From an uncultured Gammaproteobacteria bacterium (GTDB lineage: Bacteria > Patescibacteriota > Patescibacteriia > Magasanikbacterales > GWA2-37-8): a DNA stretch of 36,336 nucleotides. The number at the start of each line of letters is the position of its first letter. Positions within the stretch are counted from its first letter, which is position 1. Both the position numbers and the translations under genes were made by a program. Location of the stretch: contig CAYTMT010000003.1 in assembly GCA_964439095.1 (NCBI GenBank), forward strand, positions 1 through 36,336, written 5' to 3'. Below the pieces are notes generated by a model that saw only the letters and a program-made list of their open reading frames with translations, had not been told where the DNA came from and did no database searches. This document shows, one piece after another, positions 1 to 7,620 of the stretch.

Positions 1-3000
1 TCTTTCAAATCAGAACCTTTTCCGTGTGGAAAAACTTCCATCACTTTTTCCAATATAGACATATCCTTAAATTTGTCCTCCTTGGAAATTTCTTTCCACG
101 TAAAAATAAGAAACTCCCACCCCAAATGACGATCAATAATTTCGTTGAATTTTATTTTATCAGCAAAAGGATTTGTTGTGGGATAGAGTTCTGGATGAGC
201 CTGCTCACCGGGGTTTTGAAAAAAGTATAGCTGCTTGGCAATATCCCACGCCGCCCACGTATGACTTTTTCCAAATGGTGAAATTTTCAATTTTGGCAAC
301 GAGTTATCCAACTGAGCATTAAACTGTTCTACATTTTTTTGGAACGCTTCTCGGGCTGCCTGGATATATTGTTCATACCTTTCCTGTTGTTGTTTTTTGG
401 CTTCCGCGGAAGAAATTTGCCCATTATTCTCGGACCAAAAATTACGCAAAGCGGTAGCATATTTTACTATCGCAGGGCCATCCTTATCTCCTCTCCAACT
501 TTTTTTCTTTGCTTGAATTCGTTGATCACGCCCGGCGGGATCAGGTTGATTCCAAACATCCGGTACATCAAAATATCCAAAATATTTCTCAAAAATTTCC
601 TGCTCTTCACGACGAATTTTTTCTGCAGCTGTTTCGACAGGGGCGGTAGGTGCCACGTCGACTGGAGAAGCCTTAATTGCCGTATCTGGCCGAGTTGGTT
701 GGGGCGGTTGGAGTGACTGAGTTGACTCTTTGACCACTTCCCTGCCCGAAGAATTTTCCAGCACAAAATTCGCATCTGCATCCGGAAGCTCAAATTCTTG
801 TTTTGGTCCTGGCACAACTATTCCCCGACGGGTTAATTTGGCCAGAATTCTGTCGACTTCGGACTGTGCTTCATTCGGATCAAATAACGGACTTGTGTCT
901 TGGGAAAAAATTTCTTGCCAGAGGTCGTTTAATCCTTCTTTTTTTGCATACTCTACCCCAGCTAATGGGGTCCTAAAAGATTCCCTGGTGTCTATCTGAA
1001 CTACCAGATTTTCCGCTACAGACAAATAATTATCCTTATTCATAAAGCCCGCCCTATAAGCGCGTTCCAAAACCTGAAGTAGGGGTTGATTTTTTTCTTC
1101 TTTCAAGAAATAAACCACTTTGTTAAGGTCTCCTAATTGCTTAAAATCTTTGGCTCGAAAAATTCTATCATATAATTCTAGCAAAGCGTCGCTTGGGCCT
1201 TTGTCTTTTTTAGACTGCTCAATTTTTTTAGCTAACTCATTAAACGCATCCAAACCGCGCTGTCTTTCTGCGTAAAAACCTCTCTTCTCTGGTGCCACAG
1301 GAAGCGGTTCTGGTTCAGAAGGAGAAAGTTTTGGCTTTGGCGCCTCAGGAGCTTTCAGAGGAAGTTCCGCCGGAGCCGGCGGAGCTGGCACAGTGGCTGG
1401 AGCGGCTAGAACAGCCTCTGGTGGACCGGACGGTTCTTGATTGTCAGCAGGTGTGCGTGTCGGAGCCGGCTCTGGAGCGTGGTTTGTCGAGGTATCGGCC
1501 GCTGCGTCTTTTTGCACCACGGCTTCCTCAGTTTTAGCTGGCGGTTCACCATCGTCTTTTTTAGCGACAGGTGCAACCGCCCCCTCAATGGCTGGGGCCT
1601 GGTCACCACCCACCTTTTGCTCTGGTCGTACTACAGTCAATTTTTTTGGTGTAAGTAAGTTTCTACCACGAGATACTTCTTTCCAATCTTTCCAAGTAGT
1701 ATTAATCAACTCCCTCATTCTTTCGTCTTCCTCATTTTCAAAATAGTGAAGAAGAAATTTCCGATAATCAAATTTACTCCCATATTTTTCCTTGCCTTTA
1801 ATTGCCTGCATGATAAAATCAAGGTAGTCATCCTCAGAATCAATACATCTATCATAGTAAAAAGACTCTAATACTCCCACAGGAATCCCACCACTACTAT
1901 CAAGAAAATCCACGACTTTCTTTACTCTCAAGAGTTCCTCTTCGGAGGAAGATTTTTTTATAAACTCACCAATTTCAGACAATGGGCTGCTTGGTTTTCT
2001 ACGAAGGTCTCTCAACAAACCATTATAGACATTTGTTGCGACTGTTCGAAGTTTTTCTAACCCCTCATCGCGCTCTACATTGACACCCGCAATTCGCTGC
2101 TTCTTTGTTTCCTCTCGCTGTAAATTCTCTTTCGCAATACGCCCTTTTATTTCTTCAATTTTTTTCTCCATCTGGGGTAAATCCAACTCAGTTATTTTTG
2201 CCTCTACGGCAGACAGTTTGACTGGAGCACGAAAATTCACTTTTCCATCTCTGACTCGCCACAAATCAGCCTCGGATAATTTTAGAGTTATGTCGCCAAG
2301 GGTAACTCTATCGAACTTATTACAATTTTGCAGTAATTCCAATGCTGCACTATAAATTTCTCTGATCTTCGTTTCATAACCAGAAATTTTTTCATAATCC
2401 TCCACATTCTGAGGTGCTTCTTGTGGTAAGACAGGTTGCGGAGAGGTAGCCACAACCACAACTGGCGTTCGTTTTTCTGACAACTTCCTTAGGACTGCTT
2501 TTTGCACATCATCTTCTCCGACCGGTGGTGCCTCTGGTTTTTCTTCTTTTTCATGCGTTGCAACAAGGGCAGCCAAAGCTTCTTGTACTTGTTTTTTTTC
2601 TACTTCTCTTTCTTCTTGTTCTTTTTTAATTTTCGCTTGCCGCTCTTCATCAACAACCATACGCTTCTTAAGACCAGCTATAGCCGTATCAAGACTCTCA
2701 GCAATTTCGGCATAATCTGATTCTCGACTGCCTTTCTTCACTTTTTTTATAAATTTATCAAAAGTACTAATAGTTTCTATGGTTTTGATCCCAGCACCAA
2801 AAGGAATAAACAAGTTAGTTTTGTTTATTGATGAACCATCTACAGGAAGTTTGTGATATAAGTCTAAAAATTCGTCATATTTCTGTTGCACTTGTTCCTT
2901 AGTAACTTCGACGGTTTCTTTTTGAGCAACCACCTCTGCTGGCTGAGTAACAGCTTCTGGAACCGTGACTTCCGGGACTGCGAGTGCTTCTGGCGCCACA

Positions 3001-3827
3001 ACTACTGACTCAGCAGCCGACACAGCTTCTTCGGCTGGTGGTGCGGTAACCTCTTTTGTAGCAATAACTTCCTCTACTGCTGGCGCAACCTCGCTTATAT
3101 CGACTGGGGCAGATGGCAAGCCCTGCTCTGGAGAAATAGGTAAATCCGAAGGTGGCGTTGGTGATTTTATCTTTTTAGCACGTGCGCTTTTACTTTTTAT
3201 AGATGGTTTTTCTTCTTCAGAAAGAAGCGGTTCGGTAACAGGTTTTTCGGATGGAGCAGGCTCGGAAACAACCATAGTTTCCTCTTCGTTAATACCGAGT
3301 AGTTTTTTAATCTCTTTAAATATTTTTTTTATCTCCTTATCGCTCTTTTTAAAACCTTTCTCCATTACACAATTTTGAATACGTGAAAATACCACTTGAT
3401 TTGAAAGACCGTTAACAGTTGACAACACGTTAAGCCTGTCAAAAATACTAAAAGCAAAATTTTCCTGACCATGACCATCATCGTCTTTAGTTTTTATTCT
3501 TCCCAAAACATCTACAGCTCGAACAAGCTTAGAATTGCTTTTAAACACCTCGGCCAACCTAATTTTGTCCAGCACTTCAAACTTAAGCACATCAAAGTCT
3601 TTCTGCTTTGTTTTTAAAGCAACATCGAGACCGATAGCAGTACTAAAACCTTTAAAAGAATCAAGCAGGCCGGTTTTCCATTCTTTAAGATCATCGGGAA
3701 CATCAGCTTCTACTTTTTCCCGCAGACGATTAATCAGGGCAAATAGATCACTTGCTTCTGGCGACTCCTTTAATTTTTCCCTCTTTACACCATTTACTTC
3801 TCCAACACCACCTGCTTCTCCAAACAT
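1..3827 (-). CDS. Very large hypothetical protein (>1275 aa; C-terminus lies beyond the left window edge), modular with Pro/Ala/Glu-rich linkers
   Basis: Absent from the supplied ORF track because it has no stop inside the window. Manual translation of the reverse complement from ATG 3827-3825 (in-frame TAG at 3833-3831 just upstream) stays open to position 1. Frame spot-checks at ~1020-1080 and ~1740-1800 agree. Every listed ORF in 1-3840 is short and in another frame or strand. N-terminus MFGEAGGVGEVNGVKREKLKESPEASDLFALINRLREKVE. No signal peptide, TM segment or catalytic motif recognised. Confidence 0.8.
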   Translation of the reverse strand, partial: MFGEAGGVGEVNGVKREKLKESPEASDLFALINRLREKVEADVPDDLKEWKTGLLDSFKGFSTAIGLDVALKTKQKDFDVLKFEVLDKIRLAEVFKSNSKLVRAVDVLGRIKTKDDDGHGQENFAFSIFDRLNVLSTVNGLSNQVVFSRIQNCVMEKGFKKSDKEIKKIFKEIKKLLGINEEETMVVSEPAPSEKPVTEPLLSEEEKPSIKSKSARAKKIKSPTPPSDLPISPEQGLPSAPVDISEVAPAVEEVIATKEVTAPPAEEAVSAAESVVVAPEALAVPEVTVPEAVTQPAEVVAQKETVEVTKEQVQQKYDEFLDLYHKLPVDGSSINKTNLFIPFGAGIKTIETISTFDKFIKKVKKGSRESDYAEIAESLDTAIAGLKKRMVVDEERQAKIKKEQEEREVEKKQVQEALAALVATHEKEEKPEAPPVGEDDVQKAVLRKLSEKRTPVVVVATSPQPVLPQEAPQNVEDYEKISGYETKIREIYSAALELLQNCNKFDRVTLGDITLKLSEADLWRVRDGKVNFRAPVKLSAVEAKITELDLPQMEKKIEEIKGRIAKENLQREETKKQRIAGVNVERDEGLEKLRTVATNVYNGLLRDLRRKPSSPLSEIGEFIKKSSSEEELLRVKKVVDFLDSSGGIPVGVLESFYYDRCIDSEDDYLDFIMQAIKGKEKYGSKFDYRKFLLHYFENEEDERMRELINTTWKDWKEVSRGRNLLTPKKLTVVRPEQKVGGDQAPAIEGAVAPVAKKDDGEPPAKTEEAVVQKDAAADTSTNHAPEPAPTRTPADNQEPSGPPEAVLAAPATVPAPPAPAELPLKAPEAPKPKLSPSEPEPLPVAPEKRGFYAERQRGLDAFNELAKKIEQSKKDKGPSDALLELYDRIFRAKDFKQLGDLNKVVYFLKEEKNQPLLQVLERAYRAGFMNKDNYLSVAENLVVQIDTRESFRTPLAGVEYAKKEGLNDLWQEIFSQDTSPLFDPNEAQSEVDRILAKLTRRGIVVPGPKQEFELPDADANFVLENSSGREVVKESTQSLQPPQPTRPDTAIKASPVDVAPTAPVETAAEKIRREEQEIFEKYFGYFDVPDVWNQPDPAGRDQRIQAKKKSWRGDKDGPAIVKYATALRNFWSENNGQISSAEAKKQQQERYEQYIQAAREAFQKNVEQFNAQLDNSLPKLKISPFGKSHTWAAWDIAKQLYFFQNPGEQAHPELYPTTNPFADKIKFNEIIDRHLGWEFLIFTWKEISKEDKFKDMSILEKVMEVFPHGKGSDLK

Positions 3828-3843
3828 ACACTAAAAAATTACC

Positions 3844-4449
3844 TTATGCGCGGTAGCGTAGTCGCCACAGCGTGTAGACAAACATCCCGGCCAAAAAGCC
3901 TACCCCCATATTGAGTGGCAAATTGGGTCGAGAAGGAAAACGTGAAACCAGTGGATTATTGACCGCTTTAATCGTTACATCTCCACCCACATACTCCCAG
4001 CCCTGGCTCACTACGGTTTTGGTAACCGCATTCGACAACACCACCGCACTTTCGCGCGTTTCGGCATACACGGTGATTTGCATAATACTAGTTCCATAGA
4101 TCATCCGACCTTTGACATCATCGCCCCACTTGATACGGCGCGACCGATCATCCGATTCTTGTTTCCAGAGCGGAGAGTTATTCATGAAACTGATTACGTC
4201 TGGACTTTGAATTACTTTAGAAAAAAAATCAGTGGTGCCCATGACTCCGGCCAAATTTTCACCCACACGTTCTGCTGCTTTAGCTTGGGTGTATGGATCA
4301 ACACCAGCTTGATCGCGAGAAATAATCAACACCTGACTGACAGCGCTATATTGTCGCGGCAAAAAGAAACTGGCCACTCCCGCGATTGATGCCAATAAAA
4401 AACCCCACACCAGAAGAAGCTGTACGTGTTTTGCAGAAGAAGTTGCCAT
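3844..4449 (-). CDS. Wzz/YveK-like polysaccharide chain-length-determinant family protein (two TM helices flanking an extracytoplasmic domain)
   Basis: 201-aa ORF. N-terminal TM followed by PRQYSAVSQVLII. C-terminal SRPNLPLNMGVGFLAGMFVYTLW resembles the Pro-rich or Gly-rich second TM typical of Wzz-family proteins. Ends 16 nt upstream of the giant ORF. Confidence 0.55.
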   Translation of the reverse strand: MATSSAKHVQLLLVWGFLLASIAGVASFFLPRQYSAVSQVLIISRDQAGVDPYTQAKAAERVGENLAGVMGTTDFFSKVIQSPDVISFMNNSPLWKQESDDRSRRIKWGDDVKGRMIYGTSIMQITVYAETRESAVVLSNAVTKTVVSQGWEYVGGDVTIKAVNNPLVSRFPSRPNLPLNMGVGFLAGMFVYTLWRLRYRA

Positions 4450-4465
4450 ACAAAAAATATTTACA

Positions 4466-4489
4466 ATTATACTTGGCTAAAGTATACCA
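4466..4489 (-). promoter_or_regulatory. Putative sigma70-type -10 elements upstream of the Wzz-like gene (TGgTATACT and TATAAT on the minus strand)
   Basis: Reverse complement reads ...aatgTGgTATACTttagccaagTATAATtgtaaatattttttgtATG. The extended -10 is at 4481-4489 and the TATAAT at 4466-4471. Confidence 0.35.
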
Positions 4490-4522
4490 CATTCTACTAA
4501 CAACAACAAAGCAATGGATATT

Positions 4523-5323
4523 TTACCTCCAGCGAGCAACCAGTGCAGCGATTAAAATAATGGCTACGGCATTTAGCAATAAAAACCACGCTTGCCGTCG
4601 ACCATCGATTCCATCCGGAGACAGATGAAATCGTAACATATGCCACAAACAATACCACATCCACGTAACCATAAGACCGGCCATCGCAAACCCCCATGGG
4701 AGCATACTTATCACCATTGCCAATTCAAACACCACTGCCGCCACTGTCCCAAGTGCGTAAAAAAAACGCGCATTAAACGGCAAGCCATACATCAACCACC
4801 ACCAAGCACTCACTGCCGTTGTGATCAACGCACCAATACTTATCCAAATCCAAAAAACCACCACATACCAAACTTGGAACTGAATTACAGCAAACAGACC
4901 ACTCCACAAAGCAGCCAAGGCATAGGCTGAAATCAAAAACAACCAACGACGATGAGGTTTGAATAAAAAAGAAAGGTCGGTATTCTTTTTAGGAATAAGG
5001 GCATAAGCAGCAGCCGAACCATAACTAAGCGCAATAGCGATCGCATACCAAGCAATAACCCAGTCAACAAACAAAAGCATGGTGGCATTACCAAAAATAA
5101 AAAGAGCGACTGCTCCAAAATGTTGCATGCGAGAAATCTGAGCCGGAACATACACTAGTTCCGTCAGAACTAAAGCCAAGAACAATCGTAAAAAAATAAC
5201 AAACCCCAACATGACCCAGGACGAAACCATGCGAAATGACAATAAAAACAAAACACTCAAAGCGAGGTCAATACCCACTGCCAAATACGGATGAAGCGAA
5301 ATGTCGTGTTTATGTAAAAACAT
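4523..5323 (-). CDS. Polytopic integral membrane protein, function unknown
   Basis: The ORF track gives 4523..5362. The first ATG with a promoter directly upstream is at 5323 (MFLHKHDISLHPYLAVGIDLALS...). About 8 hydrophobic helices, Trp/Phe-rich, no recognised motif. Confidence 0.7.
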   Translation of the reverse strand: MFLHKHDISLHPYLAVGIDLALSVLFLLSFRMVSSWVMLGFVIFLRLFLALVLTELVYVPAQISRMQHFGAVALFIFGNATMLLFVDWVIAWYAIAIALSYGSAAAYALIPKKNTDLSFLFKPHRRWLFLISAYALAALWSGLFAVIQFQVWYVVVFWIWISIGALITTAVSAWWWLMYGLPFNARFFYALGTVAAVVFELAMVISMLPWGFAMAGLMVTWMWYCLWHMLRFHLSPDGIDGRRQAWFLLLNAVAIILIAALVARWR

Positions 5324-5329
5324 ATTCCT

Positions 5330-5358
5330 ATTGTAGCGAATTGTCGATAAAAATACAA
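5330..5358 (-). promoter_or_regulatory. Sigma70-type promoter TTGTAT-N17-TACAAT, only 6 nt from ATG 5323 (predicts a leaderless mRNA)
   Basis: Minus strand reads TTGTATttttatcgacaattcgcTACAATaggaatATG. The -35 is at 5353-5358 and the -10 at 5330-5335. Confidence 0.5.
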
Positions 5359-5373
5359 TCACGAGTACGAAAC

Positions 5374-5402
5374 TGGATTTTTTGCTATGTTTGTGCTATA
5401 TT
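5374..5402 (+). promoter_or_regulatory. Putative extended -10 promoter (TGcTATATT) for smpB/ssrA, divergent from the 5330-5358 promoter
   Basis: tggatttttgctatgtttgTGcTATATT, 19 nt upstream of ATG 5422. The -35 (TGGATT) is weak. Confidence 0.35.
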
Positions 5403-5421
5403 CTCGATATTCATTCGCTCT

Positions 5422-5865
5422 ATGAGCCTAGCAACCAACAAACAAGCCCTGTTCGATTATGAAATCCTAGAAAAACTCCGGGCTGGTTTGGTATTGACTG
5501 GCCAAGAGGTAAAATCGATCCGAGGTGGCCATGTAAGCCTTAAAGGGGCCTACGTTACCTTTCATGGAAAAAACGCCTTTTTGACCAACGCCCACGTAAG
5601 TGCTTTTAAACAGGCTGGCCCTCTCCCCACCTACGATCCCACCCATAGCAGACAACTACTTTTAAAGCGCAAAGAAATTAGCTATCTCAAGAGCAAAGCC
5701 GCCGAACAGGGCTTGACAATAGTGCCCCTCAGCGTGTATACTGAAAGGCATCTTATCAAGGTAGAAATTGCTGTAGCTCGCGGCAGACACCAACATGACA
5801 AGCGATCGCTCCTCAAAGAGCGTGATGTCAAAAAGGAAATTGAACGAGCTAAAAAATTTCTCTAA
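5422..5865 (+). CDS. smpB: SsrA-binding protein SmpB
   Basis: MSLATNKQALFDYEILEKLRAGLVLTGQEVKSIRGGHVSLKGAYV... matches the conserved SmpB N-terminus, and the length (147 aa) fits. The 5236 start in the track is an upstream extension. A tmRNA follows immediately downstream. Confidence 0.9.
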   Translation: MSLATNKQALFDYEILEKLRAGLVLTGQEVKSIRGGHVSLKGAYVTFHGKNAFLTNAHVSAFKQAGPLPTYDPTHSRQLLLKRKEISYLKSKAAEQGLTIVPLSVYTERHLIKVEIAVARGRHQHDKRSLLKERDVKKEIERAKKFL

Positions 5866-5875
5866 CCTAGAACAC

Positions 5876-6273
5876 GGGGGTGCCGTGCCTTGACAGAGAT
5901 TGCTCTATTCATTTGCATACCGGGAGGGCCTGACCTCTCGTCACACAATTCAGGCACATAATAAGTGCAAACTTGTTATCAAAAGTAAAGACCGCATTCT
6001 CCAATGCTTTTAGCACTGGCATGCACTTTGCTCCGGCAATGGCCTAAGGGTCGTCGTCCATCGCTCTTGCAATTTCTGGTAGCAAACAGCGGTGTCACTC
6101 ACCAGAAGTAGGCGAACCATTCTCCGTCGGTGGGTGTTTCGTTCGAAATTAACCCGACATGTGTATTACCTTTTTGCCCACTTTTCCAGGTATACACGAG
6201 AACAAAGCGGGCTATGTATGTAGATAGTGAATCGAGGATCATCTGGACGCGAGTTCAACTCTCGCCACCTCCA
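5876..6273 (+). ncRNA. ssrA: tmRNA (SsrA), CCA not encoded
   Basis: 5' GGGGGUG pairs with 3' CACCUCC (6266-6272), including a G3:U wobble (alanine identity), followed by discriminator A. The T-arm GGACGCGAGTTCAACTCTCGCC resembles the E. coli tmRNA 3' end. The PK1-like GCATACCGGGAGGGCCTGACCTCTCGTCA is present. Candidate tag ORF from GCA 5967 to TAA 6045-6047 encodes ANLLSKVKTAFSNAFSTGMHFAPAMA. Confidence 0.9.
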
Positions 6274-6312
6274 CGCACTTCGCCATAACTTGAGCGAAGG
6301 CAGACAAAAAAT

Positions 6313-6858
6313 ATGCGTATCACTCACCGTCGAAAAAAAGAAGACCCTAGAAAAATATACCGCTTCAACCTCGGGATTATTTCTCCTGAAGTTTTCGTAC
6401 TCGGAAACGACGGAAAAAGTTTGGGCGCAATGAACACGGCCGAAGCTCGCCGCTTGGCAGCCGAACAGGGCTTTGATTTGGTAGAAATCAACCCCAAAGC
6501 CGAACCACCGGTGGCCCGCATCATGAACTTTGGGCAATTCCAATATCAACAAGAAAAAGAAGCGCGTATCCGCAAAGCGCACCAGCACGTTACCAAAATC
6601 AAAAACGTACGCCTGTCACTGCGCATCGGCGCTCACGATTTGGAAATCCGCCGCAAACAAACCAAAGAATTTTTGGAAGAGGGCGACAAAGCAAAAATCG
6701 ACATCATGCTCCGTGGTCGAGAAAACCAACAATGGCAGTTGGCTATGGATATTGTCAAAAAATTCGTGGCCGCCATCAGCGCCGAAATGACCGTAGTGGT
6801 TGACCAACCACTGGAACGCGCCGGCAATGTGGTAACGATCACCATTGGTAAAGGCTAA
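6313..6858 (+). CDS. infC: Translation initiation factor IF-3
   Basis: YRFNLGIISPEVFVLGNDGKSLGAMNTAEARRLAAEQGFDLVEINPKAEPPVARIMNFGQFQYQQEKE is the conserved IF-3 N-domain and linker, and a C-domain follows. Lies upstream of rpmI-rplT as in the canonical operon. Start is ATG at 6313; a non-canonical internal start cannot be excluded. Confidence 0.9.
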   Translation: MRITHRRKKEDPRKIYRFNLGIISPEVFVLGNDGKSLGAMNTAEARRLAAEQGFDLVEINPKAEPPVARIMNFGQFQYQQEKEARIRKAHQHVTKIKNVRLSLRIGAHDLEIRRKQTKEFLEEGDKAKIDIMLRGRENQQWQLAMDIVKKFVAAISAEMTVVVDQPLERAGNVVTITIGKG

Positions 6859-6944
6859 AGAATGTCCGGGATTTGTTTGGTTAATTGTTAACCACACCAG
6901 CCCCAGTCATTCTTTCTTAGCAAGAGTGGACTAATTTATTTTCT

Positions 6945-7142
6945 ATGCCTAAATTGAAAACACACCAGGGTACTGCCAAACGGTACAAAGTAACCAAAAA
7001 TAAAAAAGTAATGAAACGACGCGCCGGCCAAAACCACTTTAATGCTCGCGAAAACGGCAAGGTGGGACGCAACAAGAAGCAAGATATGGTGATGAGCAAA
7101 ACGCTTGACCGCGTCATCTCCATGATGCTTCCCAACGCTTAG
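6945..7142 (+). CDS. rpmI: 50S ribosomal protein L35
   Basis: MPKLKTHQGTAKRYKVTKNKKVMKRRAGQNHFN... is a typical L35. 65 aa, positioned between infC and rplT. Confidence 0.95.
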   Translation: MPKLKTHQGTAKRYKVTKNKKVMKRRAGQNHFNARENGKVGRNKKQDMVMSKTLDRVISMMLPNA

Positions 7143-7202
7143 TTTTTTGCACGTGGAATATTAATATTTAATCAGAGGATTTTCCTCGCGAGAAAAATTC
7201 GT

Positions 7203-7559
7203 ATGACCAGAATTAAAGGTGGCCTATTACATGCTAAACGCCGTCGCGGTATTTTAAAACATACTCGTGGTTTCCGCTGGGGCCGAAAATCAAAAATCAA
7301 GTTGGCTAAAGTAGCCAAAATGCGCGCCGGTCAATTTGCTTTTGAATCCCGCCGCACCAAAAAACGCACCAACCGCCGCTTGTGGAACGTACGCATCAAT
7401 GCTGCCGCTCGTGAAGTTGAGGTTAGCTACTCCCAACTGATGGGAGCCCTCAAAAAGCAGGGTATTTCTTTGAACCGCAAGGTGCTTTCCGAAATTGCCA
7501 TGCACTTCCCGGAAATGTTTAAAAAGATTGTAGAAAAAGCCCAGATCAAAGCCAAGTAA
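7203..7559 (+). CDS. rplT: 50S ribosomal protein L20
   Basis: MTRIKGGLLHAKRRRGILKHTRGFRWGRKSKIKLAKVAKMRAGQFAFESRRTKKR...NRKVLSEIA is a typical L20. Confidence 0.95.
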   Translation: MTRIKGGLLHAKRRRGILKHTRGFRWGRKSKIKLAKVAKMRAGQFAFESRRTKKRTNRRLWNVRINAAAREVEVSYSQLMGALKKQGISLNRKVLSEIAMHFPEMFKKIVEKAQIKAK

Positions 7560-7585
7560 CGTGTGGATAACGGGCTGATCTTATC

Positions 7586-7614
7586 TTGACAACAAACTGA
7601 CTGCGTGTTACATT
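7586..7614 (+). promoter_or_regulatory. Sigma70-type promoter TTGACA-N17-TACATT with TGt extended -10, upstream of the candidate sRNA
   Basis: TTGACAacaaactgactgcgTGtTACATT. The -35 is at 7586-7591 and the -10 at 7609-7614. It sits 27 nt after the rplT stop. Confidence 0.5.
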
Positions 7615-7620
7615 AATAAT

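Noticed and set aside
2965-3378. A 137-aa Ser/Thr/Ala/Gly-rich plus-strand ORF, and other short ORFs in 24-3834 (for example 339..716, 1441..1746 and 3535..3834).
   Set aside because: These are antisense or off-frame shadows of the giant minus-strand gene. Their low-complexity composition mirrors the Pro/Ala/Glu-rich linkers on the opposite strand.
1-3843. An apparent 3.8-kb ORF desert, which could suggest non-coding DNA, a decayed pseudogene or stop-codon reassignment (for example UGA=Gly as in some candidate phyla).
   Set aside because: One minus-strand frame is completely open from 3827 to the window edge, so the track simply omits ORFs that lack a stop inside the window. Neighbouring well-conserved genes end at TGA, TAA or TAG at the expected positions (for example dnaX at TGA), so the standard code applies.
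6166-6588. A 140-aa minus-strand ORF.
   Set aside because: It overlaps the 3' part of the tmRNA and the conserved 5' part of infC on the opposite strand. Its sequence resembles no known protein.
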